Part shown: piece after piece, positions 25,801 through 36,206 of the stretch
Position numbering within the stretch: the first letter of the stretch is position 1
Layout of the letters: every line of letters begins with the position of its first letter
From: Octopus sinensis
Taxonomy: Eukaryota
NCBI RefSeq assembly: GCF_006345805.1
Contig: NC_043007.1
Span: 40,920,001-40,984,000 of the forward strand
Reading direction: 5' to 3'
DNA: 64,000 nt
Program-made: the position numbers and the translations under genes
Notes under the pieces: model-generated
What the model was told of the DNA's origin: nothing
Seen by the model: only the letters and a program-made list of their open reading frames with translations
The model's database searches: none

Positions 25801-28209
25801 AAATTGAAGATATTCTTCTACCTACATTGCCGACTAAGTTCCTAAGGATAACTGGTGGATGGTTCGAATCTTTGCTAATATACGATAGCTTTTCATTGGG
25901 CTTACGGAAAGGTTTAAATCTATCCGATCTTACATTAAAATTTACGTCTAAAAAATCTACACTATTCAGGTTAGCATCTATCGTAACCCGTAAGCCCATC
26001 CTTTGAAAGAAAGCTATGAGGTCCTTCCTAAGTCTATCTGATTCATGGCCGTTTAGATTATGCGTGGCTATAAGGCCGTCATCCCTATATAAACCTGCAT
26101 CTATAAATGGGAATTCTATTTTTAGATTATGGAGAATAAAGGCTCCTATGAGCATACATAACTCAGCCCCGTCGTATGCATCCATCGGTACATCGAAAAG
26201 AGAATCCTCAATCTTCTTAATCCAGGTGGAATCCTCGAAAAAAAGAAGCGATTTCCTCGCATGCATAATAATATCAATTTCCGAGCTATCGATGTTGACA
26301 TACTGCATGGCGAAGTCCAATGCCCTTAGGAGCAACGTCCTAGATATTGACGGGTAAAAGTCAATAATGTCGAATTGCGTGAAACTACAATTATTCTTAT
26401 TGCTAATACCTTTAAACCACTCTATGACCGACTTACTATTCTTCCAAATTCTCAAGTCTACTTCACTATCTAACTTAACTAAAATACGGTCCAAAATATT
26501 TTTGCTAATAATTCCTATCTCAGTTTTAGCCGGATTTATCAATCTACATTTGGGGTTTCTACTAAAATTGGCTTTATGGTCTTTCAGAGTAATAAAAGCT
26601 GGTCGTGGTGAAAGATATTCAATCCTATCGCTAATCTTAAGATCGTTAGCTATTCCTCTTGCTTCTAAGTTCACCTCTTTGTATATATTCGTGTTGTCTT
26701 TTTTGTATGTGTCCGTGACACTATTCGAAATCAGGCGCTTATAAACGTCCTTATCAAGTGCATATAAGTTCCTTGTCTTATCAGAATTAACGAAGATCTT
26801 ATTCGAGTCGTTAATCTCCTTAATTTTTTCTCTCATATTTCTCTGCAATTGGTTGGTATATTTGCGGAATTTAATTTTCCTAATAAGCTCAAAAAGGTCT
26901 TTCTCGAAGGCTTCTAATTCCGGAATCGGTGGCGGGTTTCTGGGAGATTTAAATCCATACTTGTTTCCTTCTATTTTCTGTTTATTATCAAAGAAGAAGG
27001 CTTTCCATCTCAATCTTCGAATAAACTCTTCCGTTTTCTCTATAAGACCTTTGAGATATTGTTTCCGTGCAGGGATAGGTATATTTTTCTGAGAAAAATC
27101 CAGCGGGTAAAGTTCAATCTTTTTCAGCTGTTTGTTCTTCCTACTTGTGCAGAGTCGCTCAAACTTTTATAAGGAGCGGGTTACACCGGAGTAAACACAT
27201 AAATGTGAAACAAGGTGGGAAAAAGAGTACTCAAATACCAGTGGTAGAGTAATATGCTTTATTTTAAGCAGCAGAAAATTCAACAAAATCTGTTACTCTG
27301 AGTTTCTCGTTGCCGTTCATCAGACAGTTTTTGCTAGAATGGAACCGATATATCAATTCAATCTAGACTCTTACAAACGCTACACCTTTACTCTTTTACT
27401 CTCTTTACTCTTTTTACTTGTTTCAGTCATTTGACTGTGGCCATGCTGGAGCACCGCCTTTAGTCGAGCAAATCGACCCCGGGACTTATTCTTTGTAAGC
27501 CCAGTACTTATTCTATCGGTCTCTTTTGCCGAACCGCTAAGTGACGGGGACGTAAACACACCAGCATCGGTTGTCAAGCAATGCTAGGGGGACAAACAAA
27601 GACACACAAACACACAAATATATATATATATATATACATATATACGACAGGCTTCTTCCAGTTTCCGTCTACCAAATCCACTCACAAGGCATTGGTCGGC
27701 CCGGGGCTATAGCAGAAGGCACTTGCCCAAGATGCCACGCAGTGGGACTGAACCCGGAACCATGTGGTTGGTTAGCAAGCTACTTACCACGCAGACACTC
27801 CTGCGCCTTTAAGAAGAAATGGACTTGTTTGATTGGCCCTTTAGAAAAAACGGTCAATCTTCGAGCGATAAACAAAAAGGTCAAAAATATATGTATATAT
27901 ATATATAAAAAAAACTTATAAAAATTATAAAATCCGAGGAAAAAACCTTACATTGAATAAAATACATATTGACGTTAATGAAGAAAGTGCAAATTAATGC
28001 ATAGAAATTAAACCTGTTATAAATATTACACTGCAATACATATTTATATTAAAATCTACATATATATATCAACATACACAAAAGATGCGCGTAAACGCCA
28101 TACATATACAGACGTATGAATATAAATCTAAATATACACATAAATGCATGTGTACATATATTCACGCAAACCTTCTCACACGCAAGCTAAAAATCATGTA
28201 TGTAGCGAT

Positions 28210-28259
<50 letters not shown>

Positions 28260-28295
28260 GCATGTATATATATATATATTATATATATATATATT

Positions 28296-28327
<32 letters not shown>

Positions 28328-28352
28328 CATGTATATATATACATGTATATAT

Positions 28353-28416
<64 letters not shown>

Positions 28417-28505
28417 ATATACATACATACATTACATACATTTATATGTGTGTATGTATGTCTGCGTGTGTATGTGAATATATATGTATATGTATATTCA
28501 CACAT

Positions 28506-28538
<33 letters not shown>

Positions 28539-28550
28539 CACAAATACATG

Positions 28551-28582
<32 letters not shown>

Positions 28583-29720
28583 TATTTATCAATAATAATA
28601 TAGGGTGAAATTAATTAATTTGGAATAATCATTAATTTCACTAAGTAGATTTCGGCATGTAAAAGCCCCATTCAAGGAAGGTTTAAGTAATACTAAGTAA
28701 TTAAGGGTTTAGCAACGATTTGCCTCACCACACACCGAATTTAGAAATAGCAGTCAAAGAGTTATAGCTATTCTTTCTACATAAAAGGAGATCCCAGTAA
28801 AACCACAGCACTTAAAAGGCTGTTTGCCTTTTAAGTGCTGTGGTTTTACTGGGATCTCCCTTTTATGTAGAAAGAATAGCCATAACTCTTTGACTGCTAT
28901 ATATATATATATATATATATATATCTATATACATATATATTATATATCATGTAACTGTTTTATTCGTTTTTAGATTCGGACACAATAAGGCCCTTCAAAC
29001 TACAAAGTTATCCACTGCTATCTGTATGATTTCTGCAGCCCTGATAAAATTACTGGCAGGTAACATTTCTATTGTATATTCTGCATCTTGGATTGCATCG
29101 CTTTTTGACTTTTAGCCGAGACGCTATTTAGAGCCTAGAAAAGCATCATTGCTGCGAAAATTAGTAAAAGGTTTAAGAAACAACATATCCGCCCAGTGCT
29201 TCTCTCCAGCCGATTCCCAGATGTGTGTTTATGGCTGTTTAGCCTTCCTCAAATGGAAATATTGAAGAGCGATAGCCCTGGGCAGATTCAAAGCCTTAGC
29301 TTTAACTTAAAAGAAAAAAAAGGCAATCAGCAACAATGATTGTGCAGCACTCGAGGACCACCGGGTTGGAATAAAGATAATAGCATCAGCGACTTTGATT
29401 TAGGAATAAACGAACATTAGGTTAGTTTAAATATGTTTGTGACATACCTTAATTTATAAAGGCAAATTTCTTGCAGTTATCGAGGATGAAATATTTTGCT
29501 TATGGCAAAAGGTGTAAAAATATCATATTTTGATATTTGCCATTGAGACGTGCCTAGGAATATGCTATAAGAAGGCACTTGTGAGATATGATGTTTTTAC
29601 ATCTTTTGTCATAAGAGAAAACTTTTTCTCCACAGTTATTGCAGTGAATTTGATTTTAGAAATTAGAATATATCACACACATATTTTAACTAACCTCTTA
29701 CCCAAAGTTCATATATATAT

Positions 29721-29776
<56 letters not shown>

Positions 29777-29793
29777 AATAATTAATAATAATA

Positions 29794-29833
<40 letters not shown>

Positions 29834-30106
29834 TAATAATAATTAATAATAAAATAATTAATAATAATAATAATTAATAATAATAATAATAATATAATAA
29901 TAATAATAATAATATAATAATAATAAAATAATAATAATAATAATAATAATAAATAATAATAATAATAATTATAATAATAATAATAATAATAATGATTAAT
30001 AATAATAATAATAATATAATAATAATATAATTAATAATAATATAATAATAATAATAATAATGCTTAATAATAATAATTGATAATAATAATAATGATTAAT
30101 AATAAT

Positions 30107-30150
<44 letters not shown>

Positions 30151-30245
30151 GGGAGTATAACTCCAAACAGGGAAAAATGCAATTCAGTATAAAATCAAAT
30201 TTCACAGTAAAAATATATAAAATATATATTAGAGATAAAACCATG

Positions 30246-30285
<40 letters not shown>

Positions 30286-31249
30286 CATGTATTATCGCTC
30301 GCACAGATTTGCTGCAGGATAGCAATCAGTGTCGTTTGGGGGGACCTCCGAAGCGTGTCGTCTCGTCTAGTCTGTGACAATCAGGTATTCTTTAATACTA
30401 GGTGTTGTTTGGGGAGATATTCCCAGAATCTATCTCACTGCAAATTTGGCGTATACACTATGTATGTGAGATTGATAATTATTACATTATCAGAGGTGCT
30501 TTTAATTTACAATCTAACATATATATATATAGACAAAAATTGCTGCAGCTCGGCTGGGATGTGTTACCCTCCATATTCACCAGATATTGCTCCATCGGAT
30601 TTCCACTTATTCAGGTCTCTGCAGAATAGTCTTAATGGTAAAAATTTCAATTTCTTGGATGACGTAAAAGATACCTTGATGAATTCATTGCCATGAAACC
30701 ACCTCAATTCTGAGAAAAGGGTATTTTCAAGTTAAAGGAAAGATGGAGACGCATTGTGCAACAAAATGCTTCATATTTGATTGATTAAAAATATAATGGC
30801 AAGTATTTATTTACCTTTTTCTTTTCTTTAAAAATCGGCATGAACTTTCCGAACAACCCAATATATATATACACAGACATAGTTACTGAAATACATGCAC
30901 ACACATAAACACACACATACACATGTATTACTTGTCTAATGTATGAAAAATTCTCAACTGAAAAAGATCTTGTTCTTTCAGAGAACAGTCAAACAATGGA
31001 TTACATCTTTCTGGGATTGTATATTTTGGCCCTTTCTGGACTGAGTGCTGCTGTTACTGGAGACTATATCTACATCTCGGAATTGTTTCCTACAGAAATA
31101 CGGTCAGTTATCTTTAATAATGAACGTTTCTGTTAAAATGATATCGAGCCTACGTTTCTTTTGTATGACTGAATGCACAGAAGGTGGTCAGTGAAATGCA
31201 CTTATAATAATAATATTTATATTATTATTAGGATGAGCGAGCGATAGAT

Positions 31250-31300
<51 letters not shown>

Positions 31301-32762
31301 AGAGAGAGGGAGAGGGAAGAGAAAGAAATTAAAAAGAACGCTACTAGCACCTAAACACATGCACACACTCACATACATATGAACGCTGTTGGCACTATTG
31401 ACGCCCACACAAATAGAAATTTAATATGCTGTATTAATCTTAATGTTTGCAGTTCTATCTAATTAAATGTGTAATATTTATGTGGTTAGCTAGTAGTTAT
31501 TGAATACTTTTGATGAAACCAGATTCCAGTATCGTGTCTCATCAAAAACTATGGAACGAATTACATTCGTCGTTATTCGGAGTTAAAATTTCATCCGAAT
31601 CAACGACACCTTTCATCCTTCCAGTAGAGATACAATAAATTGCCAGTATAGGCATATCCTTGTGCTGAAGTCGTTTGCCTCTCAAAACATGAGTCTTTCT
31701 GGTTGAATTCCACGACACAGAAACCTTGGGCATGTGTCTTCAACCAATCCCCAACATGAATGGTAACTTTGTGGAATCCTATAGAAAGGTCTGTATGTGT
31801 TTTTAGGGAATAAACTTAATCGTTCGAACACCAGCAGCAGATTTCTTGGTGTCTCGAACAAATTCCCTTTTATTGCAAACATTCAGACCATGTCTCCGGT
31901 TACTCGCTTACTCGCTTAGCTGTATTCTACGGTATTTTACTTTTTTGGCTTCTTCCGATTTGTACTCTACCAATCTCAGTGATTCTGCTAGATCATACTG
32001 AGTACTGTTCTTATTGCTCTGTCTAAAAATCAAAAGAAAAAACATGTAGAATAACGGAAAGTGATGCCTCAGCATGATTAAAGAAAAATGACCGCAATCA
32101 GTAAAAGATAATCAATTGATGGTTTTTTTTATCATAGACTAACAGAACAATATGCTGTAAAGATAACATCTAACATCCTATAACCGTTTCGCCTAAATGA
32201 TTCTACGTGAAATTAGTTTATATATTCATTCCAAGTATTGATTCTAATCGTAAATATCTTCTCATTATAGAAGCGCTGGAAATGGTTTTGCAACGACTTT
32301 CATGCGGATTGTATGCACAGCAGCGCCTTTCTTCAAACTATTAGTAAGTGAACAATTATCCCATTGAAACATAATTGCTACCCCAGCTCTTAATGCCATC
32401 AACTCGATTTTCAAAACACACCTTTTTTCCATCCATGATATTCTTCAGAATAAATAGTTTCTTTTTTTTTCTATGCGTGGTTAATATTAATGACCATGAT
32501 TAAGTGACACAATGTACTACATTTAGTACACACAAACACACCCTGTACACGCTTTAAATGTGATCTACTATAAGTTTCAAGCTCAGATGGTACAAGGCAC
32601 ACTACAGAAGCTCGTCTGATTACTGTATTATATATGATCACGAAACTCATAGTAGCTTAATTATAAATGCCATGGTGTAAAATAATATTTTTGCTTGATG
32701 TAATACTTATACAGCAACGGAACTGTATGTACAAACACACAAAGACACACACACACACACGT

Positions 32763-32811
<49 letters not shown>

Positions 32812-33186
32812 ATATATATAAATATATATACATATATATATATGTAAATATATATATATATATATATATATATCATGATCACGTGACCAACCAGACCATC
32901 AAATGTTGATCACATTGTTTCAGCCTTCGAATGACGCTACCCCGCTGGCTAGGCGAGCAGGCCAACAGAAGAAAGAGTGAGAGAAAGAGTGGTGAGAGAG
33001 TACAGCAGGGATCACCACCCCCTGCTGGAGCCTCGTGGAGTTTTTAGGTATTTTCGCTCAATAAAAACTCACAATGCCCGGTCTGGGAATCGAAACCGCG
33101 AGCCTACGACTGCAAGTCCACTGCCCTGACCATTGCGCCTCCAAAACACACACACACACACATATATATATAATATATATATATAT

Positions 33187-33222
<36 letters not shown>

Positions 33223-33402
33223 GTTTAACGTCCGTTCTCCATGCTAGCATGGGTTGGACGGTTCGACCGGGGATCTGGGAAGCTAGAAGGCTGCACCAGG
33301 CTCCGGTCTTATCTGGCAATGTTTTACAGCTGGATGCCCTTCCTAACGCCACCACTCCGTGAGTGTAGTGGGTGCTTTATATATATATATCTATATATAT
33401 AT

Positions 33403-33433
<31 letters not shown>

Positions 33434-33440
33434 TGTATAT

Positions 33441-33473
<33 letters not shown>

Positions 33474-33500
33474 GTATATGGATATATGTATATATATATG

Positions 33501-33532
<32 letters not shown>

Positions 33533-33563
33533 ATATATTATATATATATATATATTATATATG

Positions 33564-33595
<32 letters not shown>

Positions 33596-33609
33596 GATAT
33601 ATATATATG

Positions 33610-33640
<31 letters not shown>

Positions 33641-33822
33641 GTATATATTATATATATGTATATATATATATATGTATATATGTATATATATGTATATATA
33701 TATTATATGTATATATGTATATATATATATATATGTATATATATGTATATATATATATATATAATATATATATATATATATTATATATATATATGTATAT
33801 CTTTATATATATATATAATATG

Positions 33823-33853
<31 letters not shown>

Positions 33854-33924
33854 GTATATGTATATATATATATAAGTATATTTATTATATATATATATAT
33901 ATATGTATATGTATATTATATAAT

Positions 33925-33982
<58 letters not shown>

Positions 33983-35403
33983 GTATGTATATTATATAAT
34001 ATGTATATATAGATATATATAAATACTTTGATACTTGATACTTTGATAGGTTTCGGCCATTTTTGGCCCAAGCCATGTCTAACTTAATAGCACCACCTGG
34101 TGAAGTCTTTCAAGTCAGAATTTGGGCACATGGCCCACTCAAGTAGAGAGTTATTGTTTACAGAGACATATCCGGGTGTAGGGGGTTATCCGGGATTTCT
34201 TGAAGGAATCTGTCCAAACACTTCTTGAACCCTATAGGGTCAGTTTCTGTTTTAATGTGTTTGGTGTAATGTTAAAGAGAGCGGGGCCAATTGAGGTGAA
34301 ATAATTGTGCCGTATTGTTATTATGAGATGAGAGTGCGATTTTTGTTTTGGGCGGATGGCACGGGCCCAAGCCTTGGATGTACCTTAAAGGTGATGCCAA
34401 CATCATTTGGGCAATGCTGATGGAATATTTTCCACATCATGCAGATGACGTAGCGCTCACGACGACGTTGGAGAGAATAAAGTTTTAGCTTTTCTAGTCG
34501 ACCCCAATTCGAGGCCTGTCATGCCATCTATCTTTCTTATGATTGCCCTTTGAGGTGCTTCAACTTTTATGATACTTGTATTGTGGGGAGACCACAGTGG
34601 ACAACAGTATTCAAGGTGGAGTCGGGCAAAAGTGGAGAAGAGAAGGATAATGGTGTGGATATCTCTCGACTGGAAAGTTCTGAGAATCCAGGAACACATT
34701 CTGCGGACCATGTCAACTTTGGTGTTTATATGAGTGGCCCAGCTTATGTTGTTGTTCACAATTACTCCCAAGTCTCTGATGTTGTTGGACGCGCGAGAGT
34801 TTCACCTGAAGGAAGGGAGTATGGGAGTTTCAGGGCATCTCTTTTCAAAGTGGATTAACTCATTTATCCTCGTTCAGCAGCATATTGTTTTTTTTCTGCC
34901 ATTGGATAACAGCCAGTATATCTGACTGAAGGCATGTCCGGTCACTCGCCTCATTTATGACCTTCTGTAGCTTGGAATCATCTGCAAAGATTTTTATGTT
35001 GCTGTGCTTGATGATGTCATTGATGTCATTAATGTAGATGATGAAAAGAAGTGGGCCCAGCACAGTGCCTTGCGGAACGCCACTACTGACTTTGGCTGGG
35101 CTTGATTTTACCCCTTCAACATGTTGAGATCTGTCTGTCCGGAAACACTTGATCCATTTCAGTAACTTTCCAGAGACACCAATGTTGGATAGTTTTTTCA
35201 ATAGGATCTTGTGATCGACCCTGTCGAAGGCCTTACTGAAATCAAGGTAGATGACATCGGTGTATATGTATATGTATATATATATATGTATATATATATA
35301 TGTATATGTATATATATATGGTATATATATATATATGTATATGTATATATATATGTATATATATTATATATATATGTATATGTATATATATATATTATAT
35401 ATA

Positions 35404-35448
<45 letters not shown>

Positions 35449-35933
35449 ATATATATATGTTATATATATATATATGTATATCTATATATATATGTTATAT
35501 ATATATATATATCTATATATGTATAATATATATATGTATATATATATATGTATATATATATGTATCTATATATGTATATATATATATATGTATATTATAT
35601 ATATATATATGTATATATATTATATATATATATATGTAATATATATATATAATATATTATATATGTATATATATATAAATGTATATATATATATGTATAT
35701 ATTATATATGTATATATATATATATATAGATATATATATATGTATATATATATATATGTATATATATGTATATATAGATATGTATATATATATATATGTA
35801 GATATATATATATGTATATGTATATATGTATATGTATATATATATATGTATATATATATATATGTATATATAATATATGTATATATATATATATATATAA
35901 TGTATATATATATGATATATATATATGTATATA

Positions 35934-35975
<42 letters not shown>

Positions 35976-35979
35976 TATG

Positions 35980-36014
<35 letters not shown>

Positions 36015-36127
36015 GTATATATATATCTAATATATATAATGTATATATATTATATATATATATATATGTATATATATATGTATATATATATAAATGTATA
36101 TATATATATGTATATATATATATATAG

Positions 36128-36206
<79 letters not shown>

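Larger units (their letters stand above)
23822..28215 (-). mobile_element. Near-full-length Penelope-like element with two pseudo-LTRs, in paralog A intron 6, antisense to the gene
   Basis: RT and GIY-YIG ORFs. The ~540-bp repeat at 23825-24365 recurs at 27256-28215 (split by a SINE). An HHR lies in each pLTR. (TA)n on both flanks. Confidence 0.93.
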
